Below are positions 25,321 through 39,222 of a DNA stretch of 64,000 nt, one piece after another (positions within the stretch are counted from its first letter, which is position 1; the number at the start of each line of letters is the position of its first letter). The stretch comes from Lama guanicoe. Its lineage: Eukaryota. The notes under the pieces were generated by a model. It did no database searches, was not told the DNA's origin, and saw only the letters and a list, made by a program, of their open reading frames with translations. The stretch is from the NCBI GenBank assembly GCA_013239625.1, contig MU054098.1, forward strand, positions 2,171,104 to 2,235,103, in the 5' to 3' direction. A program made the position numbers and the translations under genes.

Positions 25321-26859
25321 GAACTGCCTGGTAGAGGTGATCTGGGAACAAATATGCTGGGGTTGAGAGAAGCATCAATTTCTTAACTGGTGGAAGCCCT
25401 TCCTTTCCTATCTTATCGCCAATATATCCCTCCATCCATTGTCTGCCATTCCATTGTTTCTTGGTAGTTTCCCCAGAGCAAAAATAGAGAAAGCTGTGAT
25501 GACTGAGATAAGAAAGTAGGCAGAAGCCAATATGCAGTATAAATTTGGAGGATTTTTTGTGGAATTTGTTCATCATCTCCACATATTGTAATTAGTATGT
25601 GCAAGACACGGATTGTTCCTGTTTTATAAATGGCAAATCCAAAGAATAGAATATCCACTATGGGGCTCAAATGCCCTTTACAGTAGTTCAGTGTTTCTTA
25701 TTTAATAGGCTATTCTGTGACTGCCATTAGGGTTCCTGGTTGATTGCTGCCTTTGTCTGAGTGGAGAGGAAATGGTCCATGCAGAAGAATTAATGTTTGT
25801 GGCCTATTTTGTGGCTAGCAGCCCAAAGGAACAGACTGAAACTTACGCTGAACAACTGAGCTTAGGTTATACTTCTCACACCTGGGGTGCTAGAGAAGCC
25901 AGGGGAACTTTACTCAAGAAATTGTATGATGAAAAAATTCTTTCTCCTCTCATAATTGGAGGAAAGCTGACTTATCAGGAATTACCGGGTTATTCCACAT
26001 CTTCCATCAATTTCTATAGATATACATATAGAACAGAACAACAAATCATATTTACTTTCAGAAACATTGTTCTGTGTTAATAAGGAGGCTGGTAATTTTA
26101 TGAGACCTATTGATTTTTCCTAAAATAACATGATTTAGTCTTGAACTCCCATGCTCACAGCAGAGGAGATGAGAGCCTGGCATTTTCAATTATGAAGACT
26201 TTTCTTTCCACTGTGAGGTGGAGATTAAGGTTTCTTTCAAATATCTACGACTTCTCCATCCTACCCATTTTATCCCAGCTTCACATTTCCTCATTAAACA
26301 TCCCTAGCAGATCAACTTTGATAAAAAAGAAATTAAGCAAAGTTAATTTAGAAGAAGAAACTTCTGGTATGGTATTTATAATAAAATTAAATGAAAAAAC
26401 ATGAAGAGTTTGAACATGACCAAATGATAAATATCCTCCTTAAAGGGGTAAAAGAGAGAAATAAGGTATGTGTGTTTGGATTTAATCAACTATAGAATTT
26501 ATCATATCCTTAAGGAACAAAAGGCTTAAAAAAGAAATTTTAAAAGTCTTTATCTTTTGTCAATAGTTAAGATAACATCCCTTAGCTCATTTTGGATTCT
26601 TTCTAGCCTTCTCCCCACATTGAATTTTCCTTCAGCCTCCTCTCTGATACCTTCTGAACCTTCTGCTTCCCTTCCACCTCCACTACTTCTACCAAAAAGT
26701 AGCTTGAATCCAAGGAGAGCCAATTACTGGAGATGTGTCATGAGGGCATGGGGTTTGTTAGCAATCACTTCTTTCAAAATTGTTTCCTTTACAAAATATA
26801 TTTTCCTAAAATGAAAAAAAAATTCTCCCCAAATAATCTAATGCTATTTCATGAAACTC

Positions 26860-27835
26860 CCAAGGAGAGAAAGGAAAAGAAGAAACATTTGCAGCAATAA
26901 TGCCTGAGAATTTCCCCCAAATTAACGTTAGACACCAAACCAAAGATCCAGGAGGCTCAGAGAACACTAAGCAGGATAACTGCAAACAAACAAAACAAAT
27001 AAGCAAAGAAAACTACACCTAGACATTTCATTTTCAAATTTCAGAAAATCAAAGACAAAGAAAAAATCTTGAAAGAAGCCAGACTAACAAAACACCTTAC
27101 CTACAGAGGAGCAACAATGAGAATTATAACTGATTGCTCCTCAGAAACCATACAAACAAGAGAGTAGAGTGAAATACTTCTTAATGTGCTGAGGGAAAAC
27201 ATAAACCTAGAATTCTGTACTCTGTGAAATTATCCTTCAAAGGTGAAGGAGAATTAAAGACTTTCTCAGACAAACAAAAATTGAGGAAACTTATTGCCAG
27301 TAGACCTGCCTCCTTACAGATAGAACTGTAAGGAGAAAGAGATTAATCCACTATAATAGCTGGAGACTTCAATACCCCTCTATAAGAAATGGACAGATCC
27401 AGCAGGCAAAAGTCAAAAGGACACAGGTGAACTCAACCACACCAGCAATCAACTGGATATAATGAAATCTATAGATCACTTCATCCAACAACAGCAGAAT
27501 ACATTCTTAAGTACACATGAAACACTCACCAAGATAGACTATATTCTTGGCCATAAAACACACTTTAACAAATTTAAAAGAACAGGACTCAAACAATGTC
27601 TCCTCTCAGACCACAGTAAAATTAAACTAGAAATCAGTAACAGAAAGATAGCTAGAAAGTCCCCAAATACTTGGAGATTAAACAACACACTTCTAAATAA
27701 TACATATATCAAATAAGAAATCTTAAGAGAAATTTAAAAATATTTTAACCAAGTGAAAACAAAAATAGAACTTATCAAAATTTGTATAATACAGCAAAAG
27801 TGGTTCAAAGAAGGAATTTTATAGGGATAAATGCA
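26860..27835 (+). mobile_element. Old L1 (L1MC-like) ORF1 and endonuclease fragments with an internal deletion at ~27310
   Basis: ORF1-like gagaatttcccccaaatt...agaaaccat jumps directly to the endonuclease motif IIAGDFNTPL; LTKIDYILGHK and LSDH motifs follow. Confidence 0.85.
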
Positions 27836-30241
27836 TACATCAATAAAAAAAGATCTCAAACAAGCGAGCTTTACATCTCAATGAACTATAGGGAAAACAG
27901 AAAGAAACTAAGGCCAATGTTAGTAGAATAAATGAGTAAAGATTAGAGCAAAAATAAATGAAATAGGGAACAAGATGATAGAAAAGATTATAATAAAACA
28001 AGAATTGATTCTTTGAAAAGATAAGCAAATTTGACAAACCCCTAGCTAGACTAATCAAGAAAAAAAGAGGATCCAAATAAGTAGCATTATAAATGAAAAA
28101 GACGTTATAACTGATACCACTGAGATACAAAGGATCATAAATAATAGAGTACTATGAACAGCTATACATCAACAAATTGGACAATCTAAAAAAATGAATA
28201 AATTCTTAGAAACACACTACCTACCAAGACTAAAGCGTGAAGAAATAGAAAATCTGAACAGAACACTACTGAGTAAGGAGACTGAATCAGTAATCAAAAA
28301 CCTTCCAACAAAAAATAAGCCCATGGCTAGATGGTTTTAGTGGTGAACTTTACCAAAAATTTAAAGAATTAATACCAATCCTACTCAAACTCTTCCAAAA
28401 ATTTCAAGAAGAGGCCTTATTTTACCAGTCCAGTATTACCCTGATACAAAAGCCAGATAAAGACAACACAAGAAAAGAAAACTGCAGGCCAATATCTCTT
28501 TGGAATAATACAGAGGCAAAAATTCTCAACAAAATAACAGCAAACTTAATTCAACAGCACTTTAAAAAGATAATGCACCACAATTAAGTAGGATTCAACC
28601 CTGGGATGCGAGAATAGTTCAACATAAGCAAATCAATAAATGTGATACATCAGTTAACAGAATAAATGACAAAAGTCATATAATCATCTGTTCAGAATGC
28701 AGAAAAAAGCATTTGATGAAATTCAACCTGCATTCATAATAAAAACTATGGACAAACTGGGTACAGAAGGAACCACCTGAACATAAAAAAAGGCAATGTA
28801 AACAAGGCCACAGCTAACATCATACTTAATGCTAAAATATTGAAAACTTTCCCTCTAAGATCAGGAACAAGACAAGGGTACCCACTCTCACCACTCCTAT
28901 TCAACATAGTACTAGGAGTCCTAGACAGAGTAATTAACAAGAAAAGGAAATAAAAGGCATTCAAATCAGAAAAGAATAAGTAAAACCATCCGTCTGCAGA
29001 TGACATGACTTTAAATGTAGAAAATCCTAAAGTATCCACCTAAAAATGTTAGATCCAATTAAGAAATTCAGTAATGTCTCAGGATACAAAATCAACATAC
29101 AAAAATCAGTTGCATTTCTGTATACAAACAATGAACTATCCAAAAAGAAAATAATCTCATTGACAACAGTATCAAAAACAATAAAATACTCAGGAATAAA
29201 TCTAACCAAGGAAGTTAAAAACCTGTACACTGAAAACTGTGAGATATTGATGAATGAAACTGAAGACACAGATAAATAGAAATATATCTCATGTTCATGG
29301 ATTAGAAAAATTAATATTGTCATAATGCCTATACTACCTAAAGCCATCTATAGGTCCAATGTAATCCCTATTAAGATTCCAGTGGCATTTTTCACAGATT
29401 TTTTTAAATCCTAAAATTCGTTTGGACCCACCGAAGACCCCAAATAGCTATTCAGTACTGAAAAAGAAGAACAAAGCTGGAGGCATTGCATTCTGATTTC
29501 AAACTATATTACAAAGCTATAGTGATTAAAATGGTATGGTACTGGCATAAAAAGACACATAGACCAACAGAACAGAAATAAACCCTTGCAGATATGGTGA
29601 AGTAGTATTTGACAAGAGAGCCAAGAATACTCAATGGGAAAAAATATTCTCTTCAATAAATGATGCTGAGAAAATTTGATACACACATGCAAAAGAATGA
29701 AACTGGACCCTTATCATACATCACTCACAAAAATTAACTTGAAAGGGATTAAATTCTTAAATATAAGAACTGAAACCCTAAAACTTCTAGAAGAAACTAT
29801 AAAGAAAAACTTTATTGACATTGGCCTTGGCAGTGATATTTTGGATATGACACCAAACGCACAAGCAACAAAAGAAAAAATGAACAAATGGGACTACATA
29901 CCAAACTAAAAATCTTCTGCACAGCAAAAGACATAATCAATACAATGAAAAGGCAACCTATGAATGGGAGAAAATATCTGCAAATCACATATCTGATAAG
30001 TGATTAATATCCAAAATCTAAGGAACTCATACAACTCAATAGCAAAGCAACAAATAATTCAATTAAAATGTGCAAAGGATCTGAGTAGATATTTTTCCAA
30101 AGAAGATATTCAAATGGCCAACAGGTACATGAAAAGGTGCTCCATATCACTAATCATCAGGGAAATGAAAATCAAAACCACCATAAGATATCATCTCACA
30201 CTTGTTAGAATGACTGTTAATCAAAAAGACAAGCGGTAATA

Positions 30242-30400
30242 GGAGGAGGGTATAGCTCAGTGGTAGAGTGCTTGCCCAGCATGCACAAGGTCCTGGATTC
30301 AATGTCTGCTACCTTCATTAAATAAATAAGTGAATAAATAAAACTAACCCCCCCCACAAAATTTTTAAAAATAAAATAAAAATATTGAACAGTGAAAAAA
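30242..30400 (+). mobile_element. tRNA-derived camelid-type SINE (Vic-1-like)
   Basis: A/B-box head ggagggtatagctcagtggtagagtgcttgcccagcatgcacaaggtcctggattcaat, A-rich tail, and TSD aaaaagacaagcggtaa (30223-30239) / aaaaagacaagagataa (30401-30417). Confidence 0.88.
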
Positions 30401-30559
30401 AAAAAGACAAGAGATAACAAATGCTGACAAAGATGTAGTGAAAAAGGAAGCCTAGCGCACTCTTGATGGAAATGTAAATTAGTATAGCCACTATGGAAAT
30501 CAGTGCAGAGGTTCCTCAAAAAATTAAAAATAGAACAAACATACAATCTAGCAACCCAA

Positions 30560-32251
30560 AGCAATCTATAGAATTAATGTAATCTCTATCAAATTACTCA
30601 GGACATTTTTTCACAGAACTAGAACAAATAATCCTAAAATTTATATGGAATCACAAAAGGCCCAGAATTGCCAAAACAGTACTGAAAAAAAATAATGAAG
30701 CTCCTAGACTTCAGACTATACTAAAGAGCTACAGTAGTAATCAAAACAGCATGGTATTGGCACAAAAACAGACATATGGATCAATAGAACAGAACAGAGA
30801 GCCCAGAAATAAATCCACAGACTTATGCTCAATTAATGTTTGACAAAGGAGGCAAGAATGTATAATGGAGATAAGACAGTCTCTTCAGCAACTGGTGTTG
30901 GAAAAACTGGACAGCTGCAGGTACCTCAGTGAAGTTAGAACACGCCCTCACACCATACACAAAAATAAACTCAAAATGGCTTAAAGACTTAAACATAAGA
31001 CAAGACACTATAAACCTCCTAGAAGAAAACATAGGTAATACATATTCTGACAAATATCATAGCATTGTTCTCCTAGGGCAGTCTACTAGGCAATAGAAAT
31101 AAAAGGAAAAATAAACAAATGGGACCCCATTAAACTTAAAAGCTTTTGCACGGCAAAGGAAAATAAAAACAAAACAAAGACAACCTACAGAATGGGAGAA
31201 AATATTTGCAAATGGTAAGACTGACAGGGGCTTAATTTCCAGAATATACAAACAGCTCATACAACTTAAGAAAAAAACAAATAACGCAATCCAAAAATGG
31301 GCAGAAGACCTAAAGAAGCAATTCTCCAAGAAGACATACAAATGGCCAACAGGCACATGAAAAAATGCTCAATACCGCTAATTATCAGAGAAGTGCAAAT
31401 CAAAACTACAATAAGGTATCACCTCACACAAGTCAGAATGGCCACCATTAAAAAGTGCACAAATGATAAATGCTGAAAAGGGTGTGGAGAAAAGGAAACC
31501 CTCCTACACTGTTGGTGGGAATGTAGTTTGGCACAGCCATTATGGAAAACAGTATGGAGATTCCTCAAGAAACTAAAAACAGACTTATCATATGATCCAG
31601 CAATCCCACTCCTGGGCATATATCTGGAGGGAACTCTAACTTGAAAAGATACATGTACCCCAATGTTTATAGCAGCACTATTTATAATAGCCAAGACATG
31701 GAAACAACCTAAATGTCCATTGACAGATGACTGGATAAAGAAGTTTTGGTATATATACAATGGAATACTACTTAGCCATAAAAATGAATAAAATAACGCC
31801 ATTTGCAGCAAGACAGATGGACCCAGTGATTGTCATTCTAAGTGAAGTAAGCCAGAAAGAGAAAGAAAAATACCGTATGATATCACTTACATGTGGAATC
31901 TAAAACAAACAAAAAAAACCAAATTAACTTATTTACAAAATAGAAACAGACTCACAGATTTAGAAAACAAACTTACGGTTACTAGGTCAGGGGAAGGAGG
32001 GTGGGGAGGGATAAATTGGGAATTTGAGATTTACAGACGCTAACTACTATATATAAAAAATAAACAACGTATTTACACTGTAAAGCATAGCAAACTATAT
32101 TCAATATCTTGTAGTAACCTATAATGAAGAAGAATATGAAAAGGAATATATGTATGTATATGTATGATTGAAACATTATGCTGTACACCAGAAATTGGCA
32201 CAACATTGTAAACTTACTATACTTCAATAAAAAAAGAAATAAAAAGAAAAA
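30560..32251 (+). mobile_element. Younger lineage-specific L1, 5'-truncated, nested in the older L1
   Basis: ORF2 C-terminus plus 3' UTR plus A-tail; TSD aatctagcaacccaa (30545-30559) / aagctagcaacccaa (32252-32266). Confidence 0.92.
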
Positions 32252-32984
32252 AAGCTAGCAACCCAACTTTTGGGCTTCTGGGTATATATCCAAAGAAGAT
32301 GAAATCACTATCTCAAAGAGATATCTGCATTCCCATGTTCATTGTAGCATTATTCACAATAGCCAAGGCATGGAAAGAAGCTAAATGTCCACTAACAGGT
32401 AAATGGATAAAGAAGATGTGATACACACACACACACAGTAGAATATTATTCAGACATAAAACAGAAAACAGTCGCTGACATTTGAACAACATGGATAGAC
32501 CTTGAGGGCATTTATGCTAAGTGAAATAAGTCAGACAGAGAAAGGCAAATACTGTATGATCTCACATATATGTGGAATCTAAAGACATCAAACTCATAGA
32601 TAAAGAGAGTAGAATGGTGGTTGCCAGGGACTGAGGCGTGAGGAGAAATGGGGAAATGTTCATATGTTGTAAATGTTGAGTTATAAGATGAATGAGTTAC
32701 AATACAAATCTAATGTACAATATGTTAAGTATAGTTATCAATACTCTATTGTATACTTAAAAGTTGCTATGAGAGTAGTTATTTAATGCTTTTACTGTAA
32801 CAACAACAAATGGTAATTATGTAATGTGAGGAATGTGTTAACTAACCATATTGTGATAAACATTTCACAATATATATGTGTATCAAATCATCACATTGTA
32901 CACCTTAAACTTACACAATGTTATATGTCAATTATGTTTCAATAAATTTGGAAGATTAAAAACATTTCTATTTACATTTGCAGT

Positions 32985-34940
32985 CAAATCTGAAATAGGT
33001 ATAAATTTTAGGAAACACGTATAAGATATATGTGAAGAAAAACACAAAACCCTGATGAAAGATGTCAAATTAAAAATAAAAAAATGGAAGATATCCCATA
33101 GTCATGGACAGGAAGGCTAAATACTTTCAAGTTGTCTGTTCTTCCCTATTGATAGAGACAGATTCAATGTAATGCCTATCAAAATCCCAGCAAGTTATTT
33201 TGTGGATATTGACAAACTGATTCTACAGTACATATGGAGAGGCAAAAGACCCAGAATAGCCAACTCAATACTGAAAGAGAAGAGCAAAGTTGGAGGATGG
33301 ACATTACCCAACTACAACAATCACTATATAGCTACAGTAATCAAGATAATGTGATATCAGTGAAAGAATAGACAAACAAACCAATGGAAAGGAAAAGATA
33401 GCCCAGAAATAGACCCATATAAATATGGTCAACTGATCTTTGACACTGAGCAAAGACAACACAAAGGAACAAAGTTACTCTCTTCAACAAATGGTTCTGG
33501 AACAGCTGGACATCCATATGCAAAAAAATAAATATAGGCAGACCCTTCATCCTTTATAAACATTAACTCAAAATGGATCATAGACCTAAATGTAAAACAC
33601 AAAATTGGAAAACTCCCAGAAGATAACATAGGAGAAAATATAGGTGGCCTTAGGCATGGTGATGACTTTTTAGATATAAAAGCAAAGGCATGATCCATTA
33701 AAGAAAGAATTGATAAGCTGGACACCATTAAAACTAAAAACTTCTACTTTGTGAATAGCTATATCAAGAGAAAGAGAAGACTAACCTAGACTGGGGAAAA
33801 AATCTGCAAAAGACACATCTGATGACAGACTGTTATACAAAATATACAAAGAACTTTTGAAATTCAACAAGTAAAAAAAAAATTGGTTACAAAATGGCCA
33901 AAAGACCTGAACAGATATCTCACCAAAGAAGACATACAGATAGCCAACTGTATATGTATGTGAATATATGTTCAACATTATATATCATTAGAGAATTCCA
34001 TGTTAAAGTAATTAGATACCACTACACACACATTGGAATGGCCCCAAATCCAAACTGGCAACACCAAATGCTGGCAAGGATGTGGAGCAACAGGACCTTT
34101 CATTCTTTGCTGGTGGGAATGCAAAATGGTATAGTCATTTTGGAAGACAGTTTGATGAGTTCTTACAAAACTAAACATACTCTTATGGTCTAGCAAACCT
34201 GCTCCTTGATATTTACCCAAATAAATTGAAAACTTATGTCCATAAAAAAAAAACTACACATGGATGCTTTATTCATAGTTGCCAAAACTTGGAAGCAACC
34301 AAGATGTCCTTCAGTAGGTGGATAGATAAATAAACTGTTGTACATCCAGACAAGGACAATTATTCCACACTAAAAAGAAATGAGCTATCAAGCCATGAAA
34401 AAACGTGGAAGAAACTTAAATGCAAATTACTAAGTGAAAAAAGCCAATCTGAAAAGGCTACACATTGTATGATTCCAACCATATGGAAAAGACAAAACTA
34501 TGGAGGCAGTAAAAAGATTAGTGGTTGTTGGGGGTTAGGGGAAGGGAGAGATCGTAGGCAGAGCAGAGAATATTTTTAGGGCATGAAATTATTATTTATG
34601 ATACTCTAATGGTGGGTACATGAAATTATACATTTATCAAAATCCATAGAATGTACAATACCAAGAGTTATCCCTGATGTAAACTATGGATTTTGGGTGA
34701 TAATGATGTGTCAGTGTAGGTTCATTAATTGAGATGATATATCTATATCTATATCTATATCTTTATCTATATCTATATCTATATCTATCTATACATCTCA
34801 AATATACCAGTCTGGTATGGGATGTTGATAGTGGAGGATGTGTGTGGGAGGAGATAGAGAGTATGTGGGAAAGCTCTGTATATTCTATGCAATTTTGTTG
34901 AGAATCTAGAACTGCTCTAAAAATAAAGTTTAACTTTAAA
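32985..34940 (+). mobile_element. L1MC1/2-like ORF2 end plus 3' UTR
   Basis: MPIKIPASYFVDIDKLIL; aagccaatctgaaaaggctacacattgtatgattcc; ends aactgctctaaaaataaagtt; contains (TATATC)n at ~34737-34792. Confidence 0.88.
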
Positions 34941-36799
34941 AATTCAGTCAAAAAATTCCCAGCTTTATTTTTTGCCTATCTTCCTCATACATGAGGAAGA
35001 AAAGCAAACCAAGTCCATTGAAAAGTCCTTTCCCACGTAGACATGGTGACATTAATGCTTTTGATCTGCTGCTCATATTGAGCTGTTTTATTGAATTGTT
35101 ATCCTGCCTGCTTCAGATTGGTTGCAAGCTTAGCAGAGCTGTGCACATAGAAGATCCATGTCCTGGGCAATGATCCAAAAGGATCATTAACTGCAACCCC
35201 AGATGTAGCAGTTGCCAAAAGATTTATTTTTCAACCTCCTCACACAATGATAATCAACCTTTGTGTTTTCAAAGAGTGTTTTGCAATGCATGTGAACTTT
35301 CCTATAACTCAAAGTCCAAAAGAGAAATCAGATTGAGTGGAGCTAGACCAAAGAGAATTTTTAAATGGAAATAATTCTGTCAAAGTCAAGTTCCCCGTGG
35401 ATATTAACAAAGTCTATGTATTTGCTGCCTTGTAAATAGTATATTAAAATTTTTTCTCATCCACACCCTTTATAGCATGTGCTGGGATTGTTATAACTGC
35501 ACTTGAGCTAATTTATGTATTTCCATTTATATAATATCTAGAAGTATCAAGAAAGAACTCTCCTTTTGGATTTACATGGCTGATTATCATTAATCCATGA
35601 GGGAGCTTTACAAAACTATCCCAGATATTGTGTGCATGAACTAAACACAGGTTTCAGCAATGGAGAGTGAGCATCTAGATTTAGAAAAGGAACCTAGGAA
35701 GGGAGAGAAAACATGGGAAAGTCCAAGTCAAGTAGGTAAGGGCTTAGATCTAAGTTTTAGGATATTAGATAAGGGGAATATTAGATAAGCACAGCATTAG
35801 AATTTAGGTAGGATGTCAATTGATGAATGTACTAGTTTGAATCAAGTAAGGATCTGAAGTCAGAAAAGATAAGCCATGTACTGTATTTTTTAAACTTTGT
35901 ATTAATTCATTCATAGATCATTTTAAAAAGCATATAAGGAAGCCCTGAAATTACAGTTTGAAAACCATTGTACTAGATGATCAAGGCACCTTTGGGAAGT
36001 GGTGTTGACCAGTAGATTCTAATAAACTCTGCTCCCTTTCCTGTCAAAGATTGATCACTAGTTTGATCTAAGGACTCAGGCCAGTCAGTAAGTTGCTTTG
36101 CTTTTGTAAGTCTGTTATCCACATTCATTGACCAAGTCTTGACCAAGCCAGACACATGACTGTGCCAAGCATTTGCAATTTTTGAATGAGCATGAACCCA
36201 TGCAAAAAGATTACATAATAAGGTAGTTTTACAAGAGAAGAGTCAACCCACTCAGACCATTAGGCTGGACTAAAACCAGGGATCCTTTAAGAAAGAATTC
36301 TGAACTATCAACTTAAAGTAACCCCTTTACCTTTAGGTAAATATTTCATTTGAATAAACCTACAAGTTTATGTTCTAAGTCTCATACTGAACAACTCTAG
36401 TTACTTTACATATTGTGTTTTCTTGACTTCTTGTTTAGGCCTTTTGAAAATTTTATTCTTGTTATAGAGGATCCATGTTTTTCTATGAAGTTCTCTTCAT
36501 CTACACACAAAGACCCATCTCCTCTTTGTGTATCATGCTCATATGGAAAAAATACTTTCAGAGTGTGAAGCTGTTGCTTTGGATCCAATGTGTCATTTCA
36601 ACTTTGGATTAGTTTTTGTTAGCCAAGATATTATTTGTTTTTCTGGTTATTCTCTTGTCAGTTGGCTAATGTTTTTCTCTTCACAAATTGTTTTCTAGAT
36701 ATGAGGCTATAAAGAGTCTTCTCAAATAACTCTGTCTAGTTCCTCTTATGGTAAAACTGTCTTGCAGGCTCGTCACTCAGTCTTTTTGGTGAAGAGTCA

Positions 36800-36995
36800 T
36801 CTTCAGTCAGTTCCTAGCTATGTGACTTTGGGCAAATAAATTCACCTAAGCCTCAGACTTTTCATCTATGAAATGAGAATAATGACCATACCTCTTCCAC
36901 GGTTGTTAAGAGGATTAAAAAATAGAGTACATGGAAAGTACTTAGAATTATGCCTATCTTATAGTAGTTGATCTATATGTGTTAATTTTTGCTAT
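36800..36995 (+). mobile_element. MIR SINE fragment
   Basis: ctagctatgtgactttgggcaaa...aagcctcagactttcatctatgaaatgagaataat. Confidence 0.8.
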
Positions 36996-38024
36996 TCCAT
37001 TTCCCAGGAATGATATTTTTACCCTAATCACTTATTTAACAGATAAACACCTAAGTTCTATTTCTATTCAGGTTTGCTATTTTGAGGGAAAGAGTATAGG
37101 AGGGTACTTCACAAATGACAAAGTACAAAAATGCTCCCAGTAATAAAACTTTAATATCATTACTGTATTCGATAAAATTGGTTCTGAGATTGACCAATCT
37201 ATGTATTTTATGTTTTGTTGGGTCTAAAACTGTCTTTTAATTTATTTATTCTATGTATTAAGTTTACATTATTTCCCTAATTTCACTTAAGTTCAACCAC
37301 TACTTACCAAGAGTTCCCAATGCTGCCAGCAGCTATACTAAGCACTGCTGTGAGTAACACATAAGTAGGAGACCAAGTCCCTGAAGTTATAGAGCTTATG
37401 GAATTGAAGGCAACATCATGCTCACACACAAAAATCATGTGTGAAGAATGAAAGAGTGTATGAAATCCCCAATTGAATATCATCACCAAATATGTGTATT
37501 ACAGACAAGAATTATAATATGTGCTCCAAAATGAGTATCCTTATGTCATCCAAGGCATCATGTCAGCCTTCACTGTGGCTGGTGTTATTATTTACGCTGC
37601 TAACTTTCCAACTCTTTCTTGTGTACATCAAAGATCCACTTCTCCACAGTGCATGGGGATTAAGGTATCTTGGTCTAAAGATGCTCTAGTTATGTAAGGG
37701 AACTATATCAGTTATGTTGTCCATAGATTCTCAAACACCAAAGAATCAGAACACTTTTTAAAAAACAAATGTTCATGATAATTCAGAAAGTACTTCATGA
37801 ACTAGAAATACACTGGGATTGTTAATCATATATTGATTATCATTTAACAGAACTAGAGAATCTCTGAAACTCTCCAGTTTAAATTCTGGATAATCAACTC
37901 TTTATATTTGTATAAAACTTTAAATTTTTTAGTACTTTCATATATGTCCTTATACTTTTTCTTCATGGCAACCTACTATGAAATAGATGGAGTAAGTGTT
38001 AATAAGCCCCTTGACAAACTCACA

Positions 38025-38750
38025 TCTAATCAATGAACTTTACTGAGTACCTACTATGTTTCGGTGTTAGTTGATGGAAAAATATGTATTAATAGAGCCC
38101 TTATTCTCCAAATGTCATGGGAATTACTAAAACAAGTGCAGTTGTTAATGCTAGTGAGGCACTTAACACATTGAAATTATAAAGTGCAATGGGTTGTTTC
38201 CATGTCTTGGCTATTGTATATAGTTCTGCTATGAACTATAAAATAGATTAAAAAATAAATTTCTTCTGTATAGCACAGGAAACTATATTCAATATCTTAT
38301 AGTAACCTATAATGAAAAAGAATATGAAAATGAATATATGTAGGTATATGTATGACTGAAACATGATGCTGTACACCTTAAATTGACACATTGTAACTGA
38401 CTGTACCTCAATTAAAAAGATGCAATGGGAATACAAAAAAAAAAAGCTTTATTCCTGCCTGGATTAAAGGAAGCGGAAAGCTCTGCAAAAGTAGTAAAGC
38501 ATTATCTGGGTCCTAATGAGAAAATAAGATTTTTAACTGGGTAGAAAAGAGGGAAAGAGCATACTAGACAGAAAGATCAACATAAGCAAAGGAGAGAAAA
38601 TGTGAACATGTATGATGAAATCTGAGACTGGTGAACATTCTTGTGGTCCCTGTGTGGCCAGGCCTAGGTACGTGGTGGAGTTAGAGGAAATGAAGCTAGA
38701 AATATAGGCTTGGATTAAATTGGGAAGGGCTTTGAATGCCATGCTGAAGA
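38025..38750 (-). mobile_element. L2 fragment interrupted by a short L1
   Basis: tttactgagtacctactatg...; gggctttgaatgccatgctgaagag. Confidence 0.65.
38194..38420 (+). mobile_element. Very short 5'-inverted L1 insertion
   Basis: Antisense L1 piece 38194-38237 joined to a sense L1 3' end; TSD tgcaatggg at 38185-38193 and 38421-38429. Confidence 0.85.
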
Positions 38751-38759
38751 GTACAGAAT

Positions 38760-38970
38760 AACTGTTTTTAATTTTAGCACTTCCTATGTGCCAGGAAATA
38801 TGCTACATACTTTAAGTATGCAATCTCATTTTCTCTTCACAGTGGCTGCATAATATCAGTATTGTTCTCATCCCATTTTATAACTAGCCCAGAACATAAG
38901 TGGCAGAGCCAGGATATAAATGAGGTCTGCTTGATGCCACAGCCCATGTCCTTAACCACTCTGCAACGCT
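38760..38970 (-). mobile_element. MIR SINE
   Basis: agcacttcctatgtgccagg...aagtggcagagccaggat...cttaaccactctgc. Confidence 0.75.
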
Positions 38971-39080
38971 GCCTAACATACTTATTTCCCTGTTGGCAGC
39001 ATACCCCTCCCATCCTGTCAAGTCCCATGAGTACTCCCGCATAATTCCCTCTCCCTCAGCTCCCTCTTTTAACTCTTTAA

Positions 39081-39222
39081 AAATTTTTTTGAACACTCTT
39101 TTTTTTTTTGGTAGGGGGAAGCAATTTGATTGATTGATTTTCTAATGGAGGTACTGAGGATTGAACCTAGTACCTTACGCATGCTAAGCACGCACTCTAT
39201 CATTGAGCTATACCTTTCCCCT
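39081..39222 (-). mobile_element. tRNA-derived camelid-type SINE (Vic-1-like)
   Basis: Reverse complement ggggaaaggtatagctcaatgatagagtgcgtgcttagcatgcgtaaggtactaggttcaatcctcagtacctcc; T-rich tail; flanking repeat actctttaa at 39072-39080 and 39228-39236. Confidence 0.88.

Larger units (their letters stand above)
27836..32960 (+). mobile_element. L1MA9/L1MB-like L1 (decayed ORF2 plus 3' UTR), interrupted by a SINE and a younger L1
   Basis: RT motifs ([31 protein letters not shown]); 3' end tgtacaccttaaacttacacaatg...aataaa; many stops and frameshifts. Confidence 0.9.

Noticed and set aside
30242..30315. tRNA-like sequence (also at 39150-39222)
   Set aside because: SINE head with an A-rich tail and TSDs; stems are degenerate, so it is not a tRNA gene.
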